The notes under the pieces: generated by a model
The model's database searches: none
What the model saw: only the letters and a program-made list of their open reading frames with translations
Told to the model about the DNA's origin: nothing
Position numbers and translations under genes: made by a program
Part shown: in pieces, positions 50,447 to 61,076 of the stretch
How the letters are laid out: each line of letters opens with the position of its first letter
Numbering within the stretch: the stretch's first letter is position 1
DNA from: an uncultured delta proteobacterium
GTDB lineage: Bacteria; Desulfobacterota; Binatia; UBA9968
Assembly (NCBI GenBank): GCA_963745035.1
Contig: CAVUVW010000014.1
Location: 32,001-96,000 of the forward strand
Reading direction: 5' to 3'
Length of the DNA stretch: 64,000 nucleotides

Positions 50447-50542
50447 GTGCTTAATTTGACGGTCTTTTACCGCTGGATCCTGTACAGCTTAGTCTTGTCG
50501 CTCATCCTCTGGTCGGGTTTTATTTTTTATAAGCTTTGCTGA
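50447..50542 (+). CDS. 31-aa single-TM microprotein
   Basis: (GTG) MLNLTVFYRWILYSLVLSLILWSGFIFYKLC*. Confidence 0.35.
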   Translation: MLNLTVFYRWILYSLVLSLILWSGFIFYKLC

Positions 50543-50558
50543 AATCCAACTGAATTCA

Positions 50559-50681
50559 TTGTCGGATGAGCGCATTTGGGCGATTGCTTTCAGCGCTGAA
50601 GGGTTGTTCACGTGGTATATTTTCACCTCGCTAATTATATTCTCAATCTTTGTCACCGTGGGTCTTATACGTCGACGTTAA
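50559..50681 (+). CDS. 40-aa single-TM microprotein
   Basis: (TTG) MSDERIWAIAFSAEGLFTWYIFTSLIIFSIFVTVGLIRRR*, TM followed by positive-inside RRR. Confidence 0.4.
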   Translation: MSDERIWAIAFSAEGLFTWYIFTSLIIFSIFVTVGLIRRR

Positions 50682-51151
50682 GCCTCCGTGGCTGACTTCC
50701 AGGACGTTAGGAAAGAGAAGGAGGGCGCACGCGCGGAGCAGGTGCCACGCATTCTCGTACTTGGTCCAGTCGCAGATCACTGGCCCCGTGTACCGTCCAT
50801 CCGGTCGGATGTAAATCCACTCACGGTCTGGCAGGTCTGAGGCGGGTACAACAAAAAACCTTCAGCGGCGGCTCAGTGCTGGCGAAGATGAGCACCTTCG
50901 GTGCGTTTCTATTCTTAAGTCCAAATCTGAGTTAGTGCGCTCCTCCTTTCCAGATTTGAGGAGCGCGACTTCGACGAATCGAGCAGAGGTGTCCATTTAC
51001 CAAAACCTTCATTTGAGCCTTTCGGCATAGGTTTGGGGCATGGTTCTCACGCGCAAGGTATGGCTAACCCGAGGCGCCGGACCGCCGATCAAGCTCTGCT
51101 CGGCTGATCATGGGGCAGCCGAACTGGACTAATCCCATCATGTGAAGCGAG

Positions 51152-51929
51152 TCACGCCACTTCGATCCGTAAACTACACGCGGAGAATGAGACGATAGGG
51201 AGCGACCCGTGGCCAATGCCGAAGCTTAGAGCCTTCTTTACATTGCCGGGATCGGTGCACGTCGCGAAAATTCTGTCCCAGACTGTCAGTAAGGAGCCTA
51301 GGTTAGAACGATAATGTGCCGGATCATTGCTGTGATGGACGTGATGATATCGAGGAGTCACAACGAGATATTCCAACCAGTGGGAGTTCCACGATACGTT
51401 CATATGCATCCAGTAGTTGCGCAGGATGTGCTCCAACACACTGAGTTGGAAGAGCCAGAGAGGAGCACCGCTCAATAGCGGCCGCGCGAACACAAACGTG
51501 ACATTGAACAAGAAAATGTGCGGGATTGAAGTGCGAACTCCTACCAACCAGTACATGTAGTTCGGATACTGGTGCCACCTGTGAGTTCGCCAGAAGTGAT
51601 TCGTGTGCATCAGGCGATGAACCCAGTACAGCCCGAAATCCTCGACGATGTAGAACAAAATAAGTTTATACACGAGCGGCAATTTCATCAGACTGCTCGG
51701 CACGTAATTGGGAACCGGAATGCGATCGGAGATCGGCAGCACCAACAAAAAACTGAGGTTGTATACTCCGAGGGCAACCAAATCGCGGAAAAACTGGCTC
51801 GATATGGAACATTTCTCGCAGGAAAAAGGTACTCTGCGGAAAACGTGATCAGCCCCAAACCCCAAAAATCAGATACGGACGCAATTGGGCGCTCAACTTA
51901 TCCTCCAAATCCAAAAACGGAAAGTACAT
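51152..51929 (-). CDS. Sterol desaturase/fatty acid hydroxylase family protein, frameshifted
   Basis: YWVHRLMH, WRTHRWHQ, WMHMN, TPRYHHVHH, WDRIF. Confidence 0.8.
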
Positions 51930-52269
51930 CAATGTTGTAAATCGGCATCTCTTCCTAATTTCAGTCGGCTGCCAACACAGGAAATTCACTCGGGAAGCAA
52001 ACGGTACCCCCCGGGACTTAAATGGGGCGGAGTCGTTAGAATCTCGTCAGCTAATGTTCTCTGTTGTGATGAGCTTCGATGAGCGCCGGATGCGCTCATC
52101 CGGGGGGTACGAACTTGATCTTCTAGTATTCGGAGAACTCGGCACACGCTGTAAAACCGTGACGTTGTGCGGTGTCGAAGATCTCATCGCTAATTTCACT
52201 AGGGATCGCGGTCGGACTCCAGCCTTTTAGACGAGCAACCGTCAGATTCTGCAGAAGCGAAAGAGTCGC

Positions 52270-52433
52270 TTACGGCAAGATAATTCGCCCGCTCTGTGCT
52301 GAGCTAAGTCTTAAACTCCTCGTCGGTGATGATGCCTTTAGCGATCAGAGCGTTGCTAATCGTCAGTCATAGCCAAAGTACTTGCCATGAGCTGTTCGAG
52401 CCTCACTCTGCTGGTTTTTGTTTCCTCAGCCAT
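52270..52433 (-). pseudogene. Degraded small protein with LIAKGIITDEEF motif
   Basis: MAEETKTSRVRLEQLMASTLAMTD...LIAKGIITDEEFKT*LSTERANY with frameshift and in-frame stop. Confidence 0.45.
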
Positions 52434-52691
52434 TGTTGCTCCATTCGGTATTCCCCAGTGAAGCTACCACAGCCACAGAAAGCGATTCTCTCCGCACCGG
52501 CAAGTTTTGGGACGCAGCTGGCCGGTGCGCTGTTTCGGCTAAGTAAGCGGGCGACTCTGCCGGAAGACAGTTTTAACGTTAAAAAGAATGAGCTCCTCAC
52601 ACACGGACCCAACTTCCTCAAAGTGATTTCACCTCTATGTCAAATGCTCGGGCACCCTGATTGCTGTACTAGGTTGCGTCCAGCGAGGTAA

Positions 52692-52895
52692 GTGATGATG
52701 TACGAAGTTCTAATCTCGACGACCATAGCGATGATCCTACTGCCACTCAATTTCTGGACTGCAGCAGAAGTGGTAGTGTTGGTGGGAATGATCAGTATGC
52801 TTTGGGACCTTCGCGATAATGTTCTCGGCGATTATGAGCTTGGCCCGCGCGTTGCCATTCGCCCCCAGCGTGCGCACCACCAGCTGCTCCTCTAG
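52692..52895 (+). CDS. Small two-TM protein
   Basis: GAGG RBS and hydrophobic N-terminal half. Confidence 0.45.
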   Translation: MMMYEVLISTTIAMILLPLNFWTAAEVVVLVGMISMLWDLRDNVLGDYELGPRVAIRPQRAHHQLLL

Positions 52896-53670
52896 GCTTG
52901 ACGTTGCTGCTTGACTCTCGTCGGCCATTTAAGAGCGCCCCTGCTGCCATAATGCCTGCCTCACGTTCTATTGTTCAGGTTTGAACGCTATCCAACCGCA
53001 AGCATAAGAACCCGAACGCATTGTTGGACTCGAACGAAATTCTGCCTCCGTCAGCAGTTGCTCAATCCGACTTTCCGGTACAAAGTGAGGCCCGGCATTC
53101 GTTTTTTCATGTTAACTTCCACTTGCTCCCATGTCAGCCCGGCCATGCTCTTATGGTGCCGCCATGCTGCGAGAAGTAACGGTGATTCCGACGTCGTGTT
53201 TATCTACGAGCGCTAACGGGCGGCCCGCCTTAGACGTGTTGAGATTGAACGAAGTAGTTTAACTTACCTCCACCATCGGGAATAAAGTGCAATAGCATTC
53301 CTAACAGTGCCGCATCATAAGACTTATCGATAGGGATGTTCATCTACGTAATCCCCAAAAGTCGGATGCTCGCTGAGTGCGTTTTGCGGCTTGAACCTTG
53401 TTTTGCCACCTCCAGCATGGCTAGAGCGGGGCTCTACGTTCATTGCGGGATGAATAATCTCGTAAAAGGGAAATGTATTTCGGATTCGTTGGGTCAGGTC
53501 AGAACACGGCGGGCGTTAGCGTTGTGCCAGGCTACGTCACTGTGCCGTCAACAGGCACAGACAACATTGTTCAATGACCTTCAATCCGACACGCCGAATG
53601 ACATGAATGCGAGGCATCGACCTTGCTCTCAGGTGAGCCGCTCGCGGGAACTGATGCTCACCGAGCGCTG

Positions 53671-53880
53671 ATGCCAAAAATGATCAAACACGCAGAGTGG
53701 CCTCTTTTTGAAGTAACGTGCGTCCTATGCGGCCACCGCAGTTGTCGTGAATGTCGCGAAGTCTCCACTTCTACACTTGCCTGCTGTCGATGTAGAGAGC
53801 GTGCGATCACAGTCATAGAAACCTTCGCTTCTTTTTTCTCCAAAACCCCTCCGGGAACGACCACGACTGGCCCGGCGTGA
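53671..53880 (+). CDS. Small Cys-rich zinc-ribbon-like protein
   Basis: CVLC, CREC and CCRC motifs within 69 aa. Confidence 0.35.
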   Translation: MPKMIKHAEWPLFEVTCVLCGHRSCRECREVSTSTLACCRCRERAITVIETFASFFSKTPPGTTTTGPA

Positions 53881-54187
53881 CATCTTATTCCGGCTTTTCC
53901 CTGTCGTTAACAGCAAATCTGATGTTAAGCAATTTGTCGTACTGAACAAGAGTGTACCTTGTCATGTACCTCGGACCGCGTACGTCGTTTCGTATTGGTG
54001 AAGATTGGGTGGAACTGTCGTTAGGCGTGCATCATCTGCAACGATCACGGTTTCTTTTTTGTGCTGGCATCTATTCTGCACCTTCCTATTTGAAGGTGCC
54101 TCGCCTCGGTATACTTCCGAGCCTTGCAGCCGCTGAAGCGTGATTTGCTCGGTAGATAAACTCAAGCTTCGGCAATAGGAGGGACAT

Positions 54188-54415
54188 ATGACTCGAGTAC
54201 ATTATCTCATGCTTGCCGCGGTTTCTATTTTAGCGGCAGCCTCAATCGTCGTGTCAGGCGCTCTTGTGTTTAGGCTCCTTTTCGATGAGGTAGGAATTAG
54301 CCCACTTTTTAGCCTGCTTCTGCCTTTGGTCGGCGCCTCCCCTTTAATTTTGATAGCACTTAGATTTTTTCGGAAAGCCGAAACGGAGCGCGCAACTCAG
54401 CAAGTCCCAGTCTAA
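54188..54415 (+). CDS. Small two-TM protein
   Basis: AGGAGG RBS, two hydrophobic helices, basic tail. Confidence 0.7.
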   Translation: MTRVHYLMLAAVSILAAASIVVSGALVFRLLFDEVGISPLFSLLLPLVGASPLILIALRFFRKAETERATQQVPV

Positions 54416-54502
54416 TAAATTTATTCTGAATACGTGAAGCTGTAGCACGACCAAATACCCTTTGAAGTAATGGCGGCGCCGAATTTGACGAGTTCTTACA
54501 TA

Positions 54503-54688
54503 TCAAACATGTTTTGATCTGGCTGATGTATTCGTTAGACAATAGTGTGCTTTCGAAATCAGCCACGCACCGCATATCGCAGTAAAAAGCTTGAGGGTGA
54601 ATCCTTCCATCACCATTCGAAATGCTATCGTCAACGAAAATATGGCAACAGCAACAACACTGAAAACGAGTCTTGCGCGCAAAGTCAT
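54503..54688 (-). CDS. Small two-TM protein
   Basis: AAGGAGG RBS, hydrophobic, with upstream sigma54-like site. Confidence 0.65.
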   Translation of the reverse strand: MTLRARLVFSVVAVAIFSLTIAFRMVMEGFTLKLFTAICGAWLISKAHYCLTNTSARSKHV

Positions 54689-54744
54689 GATTTCCTCCTT
54701 CGTGGATGCCGCATTACTTTATCATTCCAGCTTTCGTTCGCTTG

Positions 54745-54760
54745 AGCACGGATTGTGCCG
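54745..54760 (-). promoter_or_regulatory. Putative sigma54 promoter
   Basis: Minus strand CGGCACAATCCGTGCT (GG-N10-GC), ~57 bp before ATG 54688. Confidence 0.55.
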
Positions 54761-55005
54761 TGGACTTTACGGAAGTTTAAAGAGATTGAGGAAGCAAGGT
54801 GTAGGAACGGGCGCGGCAACTCTGCCTGAACGCAGCTCGTTAAATATATTCAGGCCGGATTTGAAGTCCGCTCAAGTCGGGGTGAGCACGGGTGCCGTCT
54901 ACGACGGCCATCGGGCGTAGGCTTGTGAAGGAAAACTTTATCGCACGATGTAGCGGCACTCGGCCGGAAGCTTAGCGAGCGGTGTTGAGTCGATCGATCT
55001 CGGCT

Positions 55006-55290
55006 TTAACTGCCGGGTCTGGTGCGCCAGTAGCGCGTGCCAAGGCGACCAATCGATATTTCAGCAAGCATCTGACGGTCGCATAAATTTCCGCTGAAGG
55101 CGCCCCGCAGTTGTTGCTGCTGTTCCTCGCGGTCGGCGCCGATGAGCAGGACCTCCGCCAGCTGGCTCAGCGTCACGTTCTCGCGGAATAGCTGAACAAG
55201 CCACGGCGGACTGCAAAGCGGATCGAGCAGATCGAGCGCTTCTTTCACCTCAGGTATATCAATCGGTCTTAGCCTACACTCCAATAAGCG
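55006..55290 (-). pseudogene. Remnant of uncharacterised 'EC..IDxPEVxxAL' family gene
   Basis: LLECRLRPIDIPEVKEALDLLDPLCSPPW; homologous to a second frame in 61489-61759. Confidence 0.45.
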
Positions 55291-55310
55291 TCTTCGATGA
55301 TTCTGCGATC

Positions 55311-55445
55311 CTCCAGGTCCTATCGTGTCCACGTCCATAGACAATCGATCTTTCGAGAAATGCTGTGAGAACGAGCATAAACGGTTTGCACGTAGCCCGC
55401 GAAACCGGCTCTCCGGTAACTGATAAGAATGTTAGCCTTAGGCAT
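55311..55445 (-). pseudogene. TIR (TIR_2) domain 5' remnant
   Basis: MPKANILISYRR-AGFAG...FSKDRLSMDVDTIGPG across frames. Confidence 0.65.
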
Positions 55446-56102
55446 CAAAACACTCCACCAAGTGATTCGTTTATAATAAAACTCGACTCTCGCCGACAAC
55501 CAGAAGTCGCAATTTGTATGCTGCCATGGCATGGCTGCACGGTGCCAGCAATGGTTTTCGTCACATGCCGGATGAGCATCCAAAACCACACGAGGACGAT
55601 TGGGGATTTTCTTAGTGGATTCGGTAACTCTAATCTGGAAAAGCACATGGGGCGACGAACGCATTCGAGCCGGTACGTGAAGCGCGGTCCAACTCCGACG
55701 GCAGACAACACTCAAAACCGCTCGAAGAGCGCCCGGAAATAACCTTTCTCGCCTTCAAAACCCTATACTCGCTACAAGGTACTGCGCTCTGATCACGATA
55801 GCTTCTGTTCAGCAAGATGTTTTGGAAAACCGCAGAATATTGCGTGTAATCACCAATGCTCTGAGCCCATCGCATTCTGTTCTCGCGTGTTCCGCTCTGA
55901 GCGGCAATCAAATTTGTTCCTGCTTTCATTCATAGTGCGCGGTATTGGACAGCGCATTGTCGGTGCTGACATCTTAGTGTTAGTGTCGTCGCGCGTTGGT
56001 CACGGTCCCGAACTAGCTATGGCGATGTGCACCAACTGGGGTGATTTATTAAGTAGTCAAAGAATGACTCTCAGGTACAACGAAATACAAGGAGTCCGAT
56101 AG

Positions 56103-56609
56103 ATGCCATCAAAATTCTGCTCCGTCGCGCGAGGCAGTAATGCTTCGACAATCTTGACCGATTCCTCTGGCCAAGGAGTCGTCGAGTTTACCCTAACTTT
56201 CTTACTCTTATTGGTGGTTGCCTGGATTCCAGTGGATTTCGGTCTCGCATTTTACTCCAGCCAGCTCGCGCATAACGCCGCACGCGAAGGCGCGCGTATT
56301 GCTGCTGCCGATTTGACGCTCCTCAGCGGAACGACCAGTTGTACTCTACCGTCATGCACGGGAAACATTCTCAAGGAAACAGCATCAAGAGTTTCTGCTG
56401 CACTCCTTCCTGCCGCGACCATTGCCGTGAATTTAGAGCCCGATACGGGTACGAACTGCAATCGAATGGTAACTGTCACGGTCTCCGGAACTTATAACTT
56501 TTTCTTTTATCAATTTCTGCGTTGGTTTGGGGTTTCGGGAAATTTAAACAGCACACCAATAACACGGCAAACGCGCATGAGATGGGAAGGCCAATCTGGA
56601 TGCTCGTGA
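56103..56609 (+). CDS. tadE: TadE-like pseudopilin
   Basis: GQGVVEFTL, TM, AAREGARIA. Confidence 0.9.
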   Translation: MPSKFCSVARGSNASTILTDSSGQGVVEFTLTFLLLLVVAWIPVDFGLAFYSSQLAHNAAREGARIAAADLTLLSGTTSCTLPSCTGNILKETASRVSAALLPAATIAVNLEPDTGTNCNRMVTVTVSGTYNFFFYQFLRWFGVSGNLNSTPITRQTRMRWEGQSGCS

Positions 56610-56642
56610 TTCGTTGACCACTGAAACAGGGAGGGCAGAAAA

Positions 56643-57161
56643 ATGAACTCGCTAAGAGAAAGTCGCACGAAGACTGGCAATCAAAGAGGTCAGAGCATTG
56701 TCGAGATTTCCCTCATTACTCCGCTTCTATTGATAGCGATGTATATACCAGTCGATTTCGGGATTTCATTTTTTATGGGTAACCTCACGCAGACTGCGGC
56801 TCGAGAGGGTGCTCGAATCGCGAGCGGACTTCCGAAAAGCGGCGAAGTTCCAGATCTATTCTTCAGCTCCACCGAAGCCAATACGGTGAAGACAGAAGTA
56901 ATCAATCGATTGCCAACCTATCTTACGAACAAGACCGTGACAGTCACATTTTACAGCGGAACCGCATGTATGGAATTTGTCCAAGTGACGGCCCAGGGAC
57001 AATATAGATTTTCTATGTACCAGTTTATGCAATTGTTCGGCGGCAACGTTCCGGACTCCCTTACGATCTCTCGGAGCACTCAGATGCACTACAAGTATCA
57101 GCCTTACACGAATAACGATTACTGTACGGCTGCGACCACTTACGGACCCTTCTCTGCTTAA
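56643..57161 (+). CDS. tadE: TadE/TadF-like pseudopilin
   Basis: RGQSIVEISL, TM, AAREGARIA. Confidence 0.9.
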   Translation: MNSLRESRTKTGNQRGQSIVEISLITPLLLIAMYIPVDFGISFFMGNLTQTAAREGARIASGLPKSGEVPDLFFSSTEANTVKTEVINRLPTYLTNKTVTVTFYSGTACMEFVQVTAQGQYRFSMYQFMQLFGGNVPDSLTISRSTQMHYKYQPYTNNDYCTAATTYGPFSA

Positions 57162-57176
57162 TCGACGGAGGCTCAT

Positions 57177-58205
57177 ATGCAGTCTGTAAAAAATGAACGA
57201 GGCTATGCCCTCGTGTTTACGACTTTGATGATTGTTTTGCTTCTAATCATGGTGGGGATGGGTTTAGATACCGGCCATCTTGCGTACATCAGGTCTCAAG
57301 GACAGCCGGCCGTGGATGCGGCGGCTTTGGCTGCAGCTTCCGCCGTTCCCAGCGGAAATTGGTCGACGGTCATCGACCGAGCCGCGAAATTTAATCCCGG
57401 CGGAACCAATCCTGGAACCGGGAATAACTATCTCGACAGTCCGCACAATCAGATTAGCCAGAAAAACGTAACACTCGTGAAGTATGATAACGGAACCAAG
57501 GAATTTACGACGTCAGGAGTCAACATCAACAATGCGAATGGAGCACGAGTGGCGTTAGAGAATAACAACCCGTATGGCGGAAGTGCTGGGAAAGCCATGA
57601 AATCGCCGCTGTTTTTGGCACCTTTGTTCAATTTATTTGGTCAGCCGACAAAAACCACCGCCGATGTGAGCGTGAGCGCGGTGGCGGTCAATCAGGCCCT
57701 TCCCGGACTGCCGATCGTGGTCGTACAAGGTCTCTGCGGGAGCACTGACGCAACGCTCGATTTCCAGTCCGGTGGTAAAAGCACCGCCGGTTGGGAAACC
57801 TACCAAATCTCCAATGCGAGCACAGATGAGATTCGCGGCCTCTTCGAGAAGCTCCCTTATTGTGCGGGCCAGCCCGAAATCGATGTCGGCTATTGTGGAA
57901 ATATCGCCAACGGCGTGAATGAAACTATATATAACGGTCACATCAAGCCTATGTTCGAAGCAGATCCGAATGCCTGCTATTTGATTCCGGTCATCAAGAG
58001 CGGCGGCAACTTGACCCAGTGTCAAAAAATAACGGACTGGGCGAGTTTTTGCCCGCGATCGGAAAGCCCCGCACCCCGGGCCCGGTTTGCTCAAGGGAAG
58101 CGTCACTTGCGGCCAGAGTCCTTGGACCTCGCGCGATACGAAATGTTACGTTCAGCGCCTGGTTCGAGACAAACCTTCGGGTATGTAGGAACTTTAGGAA
58201 GGTAA
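57177..58205 (+). CDS. tadG: TadG-like pilus assembly protein, 3' end probably frameshifted
   Basis: ERGYALV, GMGLDTG, QPAVDAAALAAA. Confidence 0.8.
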   Translation: MQSVKNERGYALVFTTLMIVLLLIMVGMGLDTGHLAYIRSQGQPAVDAAALAAASAVPSGNWSTVIDRAAKFNPGGTNPGTGNNYLDSPHNQISQKNVTLVKYDNGTKEFTTSGVNINNANGARVALENNNPYGGSAGKAMKSPLFLAPLFNLFGQPTKTTADVSVSAVAVNQALPGLPIVVVQGLCGSTDATLDFQSGGKSTAGWETYQISNASTDEIRGLFEKLPYCAGQPEIDVGYCGNIANGVNETIYNGHIKPMFEADPNACYLIPVIKSGGNLTQCQKITDWASFCPRSESPAPRARFAQGKRHLRPESLDLARYEMLRSAPGSRQTFGYVGTLGR

Positions 58206-58260
58206 TTCTTTCTGTATCCCAGTACTTCATGATGGCGTACACGCGATTGGATGATCAAAC

Positions 58261-58788
58261 ATGCTGCATGCTAAATCGTTAAGAGTAATTGGCCAGGTGC
58301 TGGAAGCCGCGCGGATTCCGACCTTCGAGCTGGAGAAATATGGTCCAGAATACATGGTCTGGTGCGATTCGGTTGCGCAAGTAGCCGAGCTGGTTGTGCG
58401 AAATGCTCTCCGGCAAAAAAATGATACGCCAATTGACCGCCCAACAACTAATCGGGTCTTTTGTTTCAGCCCGGCAGACGTTTCACGGCTCGATGCCCAC
58501 GCCCAAAGACAACGACGTCATCAGTCGTCATCAGGTACGCCGGTACTGAAATTACTATCTCAAGGACTCCGTACACTCGGCGATCATTTCGACCGCATGC
58601 AGGTAGATGCTTTTCGTATCGAATGGAACGTCGGCTCAGTGAGCGTTGATTTCCAACGGCTTAACAGGGAACGCAACTGTATGACGCTCACTGCTGTGGA
58701 ACTGCAGCACCTGTGTGAGCACACGAGAGCGCAAAGGCGAAGTACAGGTCGAGTCGACAGCGGTCCACTCGGCTGGTACGAGGGATAA
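58261..58788 (+). CDS. Uncharacterised 'LRxIG' two-repeat protein, paralogue 3
   Basis: HAKSLRVIGQVLE...LSQGLRTLGDHFD. Confidence 0.8.
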   Translation: MLHAKSLRVIGQVLEAARIPTFELEKYGPEYMVWCDSVAQVAELVVRNALRQKNDTPIDRPTTNRVFCFSPADVSRLDAHAQRQRRHQSSSGTPVLKLLSQGLRTLGDHFDRMQVDAFRIEWNVGSVSVDFQRLNRERNCMTLTAVELQHLCEHTRAQRRSTGRVDSGPLGWYEG

Positions 58789-58973
58789 AAAGGCGTAAAG
58801 CTGACTGCGTCCGTGTTGCGCCGGGCCGACCCGCGATAGAACTTCACCGGCTATGGGACGTTGTGATTATATCGACGAACAACATCAATCAGCTTTCGCA
58901 GATCGCGACTGAGCTCCAAACGAAATTCTCCAGGATAGGTCTCCACGTGCTAGACCACCCAACGCTAGAGGGT

Positions 58974-59160
58974 TGAGCCAAGGAAAGCTACTAGATTGCG
59001 ACAAAGATGGCTTATGAAATGCCAACCTATCGGGTACGCCGAAGTTTCAGGCACGAAATTGTCGGCAAATCAGGGATGCGAATTTTCTGACTCGTGGGTA
59101 CCCGGCTAGGGCGAAGCTCATTGCGGAGCGGAGAGTCTAGCTAGCGGGTCATCGCCTCGC
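58974..59160 (+). pseudogene. S1/P1 nuclease 3' remnant, copy 3
   Basis: AKESY*IATKMAYE...GTPK...DANFLTRGYPARAKLIAERRV*LAGHR with in-frame stops. Confidence 0.6.
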
Positions 59161-59545
59161 CAGCATAGTTCAGTGATAGATATCGGCGCGCTACCTCCTG
59201 AAACGTTTTCAAGGGAGTGGGCTTGTGTAATATCTCCGAAGCTCCGGCTGCGATAGCACGCTCCACCTGCACTGCCCCATGGGAAAAGGCGGTATTGACG
59301 ACCACCGGGATGTGTCTCGTGGATTCATCTGCTTTAAGCCGCGCCGTTGCTTCATCTCCTGTCATTCCCGGTAACCCGAGATCCATAAAAATGAGGTCGG
59401 GACGCTTCGCATGGACTTGTTCTATAGCATCGAGACCGGTGGCCGCTTCGGCAATCTCGTACCCCGAACGCCTGAGAATAAGCGCCAGCAAATTGCGGGA
59501 GTCACGGTCATCTTCGACCACGAGAATCCTCTTTGTGGCAGCCAT
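59141..59545 (-). CDS. Single-domain response regulator (DivK/CheY-like)
   Basis: ILVVEDD, PDLIFMDLGLP, TRHIPVVVNTA, HKP. Confidence 0.9.
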   Translation of the reverse strand: MAATKRILVVEDDRDSRNLLALILRRSGYEIAEAATGLDAIEQVHAKRPDLIFMDLGLPGMTGDEATARLKADESTRHIPVVVNTAFSHGAVQVERAIAAGASEILHKPTPLKTFQEVARRYLSLNYAGEAMTR

Positions 59546-59625
59546 GGCGTTCTCTAGTACGCACGAATGATGCCCGCCGTGATCCATCGGTCCGTGCGCG
59601 CGATGAAGGGGATCGCCTGGCGGGT

Positions 59626-60000
59626 TTAGGACGTTTTTGCCCCCACATGGACAATATGGGAGCCAGTGTCGGTGCGCGGTGTTCGACTAATATTGACCAC
59701 GGCAGGACCTAAACGAGCGGCAATTGTCCCGGCCGGCAGTAGCCCGGCTGGGAGCCGCTTGATACATGCCGGAGAGTCGTTCTCGGGCGCATTCACGAAG
59801 TTCGATACATCATGCGCTTGCATCCGCTCTGCCGGCCACGGTCGTAGTATCGAATGCGGACCATGGTTGCGCTCAAGCCACTGCCGGCCCGTTGCCTCAT
59901 CACAGATCAGGGGCATTCGGTTGTGAATCGGACTTATTAACGCGTTCGGCTCGGTCGTGATGACCGTGGAGGAGTGGAGCGCGTCGCCGCCCTTGGGTGG
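59626..60000 (-). pseudogene. SOS response-associated peptidase (SRAP) 3' remnant
   Basis: TVITTEPNALISPIHNRMPLI...WL...VSNFVNAPENDSPACI; N-terminal MCGR part absent. Confidence 0.75.
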
Positions 60001-60156
60001 CGCCAGGAATCCCAAAGACCCGCGAAGACGAACGGCCTCTCTGCTCATCAGATGAAACCAAACGGGACTTTGCGATCACCATCCCGCCATTTCTAATATC
60101 TCCCCTTCCGCTGATTCCGAGCAGCAAACAAGGATCGAGCTGACGGCCTCCTCGTA

Positions 60157-60471
60157 TTGGCGGGGCCGGTTCTCACTTCTCATCGGACACAAGTTCTTGA
60201 CCTCGCGACGGAGAGCCGTATTCCCGCGATATACAACTTTCCAGACTTTGTCGCAGCTGGTGGGCTCATGACGTACGGCGTGAACCAAAACGACTTATCC
60301 CGCCGCGCCGCAACATATGTGGACAAGATTTTGAAAGGGAGTAAGCCGGGAGACTTGCCCGTGGAACAGCCGACGAAATTCGAGTTGATCATCAATCTGA
60401 AAACCGCCAAGCAAATCGGCCTCACGATTCCTCCGAACGTGCTGGCACGGGCGGACCGGGTGATCTGGTGA
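60157..60471 (+). pseudogene. ABC_sub_bind substrate-binding protein 3' remnant
   Basis: GGLMTYG...RRAATYVDKILKG.KPGDLPVEQPTKFELIINLKTA...LARADRVI; 5' two-thirds absent. Confidence 0.85.
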
Positions 60472-60868
60472 GTTGAGTTTCCGTTCGAACCTGTACCGGC
60501 GAGGAATTTGGACGCGATTTCCCGGACCAAAGAGTGTAGAGCCATACGACTAGAGCCAACGCGGCTATGAGCAATATTAGCTTGAACAAATCTTGAAGCA
60601 CGCCGGTGAATCCCAGACGCACTCTAAGAACGCGGTCCTACGGAACGCTGCGGCTCCGCACATCGGAGTTCTTAAGCACTGGAGGTTTGTTGCCTTTTAT
60701 CACAATCCACGCCAGCCGATAACGACAGCCCACACAGCGCCCATTGACGGCCTGCACAGGCGCGTTCTTCTGCGGCTCGCGCATGGTGATCCCGACGTAA
60801 CTCCGCAGCGCGGGCAGGATCTGGCGAAGTAGCGGGGCCATGGTTTAGGTCAAAGAACCTATTTATCG

Positions 60869-61048
60869 TTAACGAACTTGCAGAAACAAATCATCGCCGG
60901 TTCTGATCGCCCGGTATAATGCCCCAAGTCCGACTATCTGCTGGATGATCTCGTCGCGGGTTGTTGGTTGATCTTTAAGCTGGCCCAACTCCGCCGAGAG
61001 CGAATCGATTAGCTCGGAGAGCTGTTTCAGTTGGTTATCTTTGTCCAC
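60869..61048 (-). CDS. Small helical hypothetical protein
   Basis: (GTG) MDKDNQLKQLSELIDSLSAELGQLK...; follows 61077..61454 on the same strand. Confidence 0.45.
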   Translation of the reverse strand: MDKDNQLKQLSELIDSLSAELGQLKDQPTTRDEIIQQIVGLGALYRAIRTGDDLFLQVR

Positions 61049-61076
61049 CGGAATGCGCCTGCGCTTGACGAGGTTG

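Noticed and set aside
52030-52060. Hammerhead ribozyme (minus strand CTGACGAG...CTC)
   Set aside because: The required GAAA after stem II is missing
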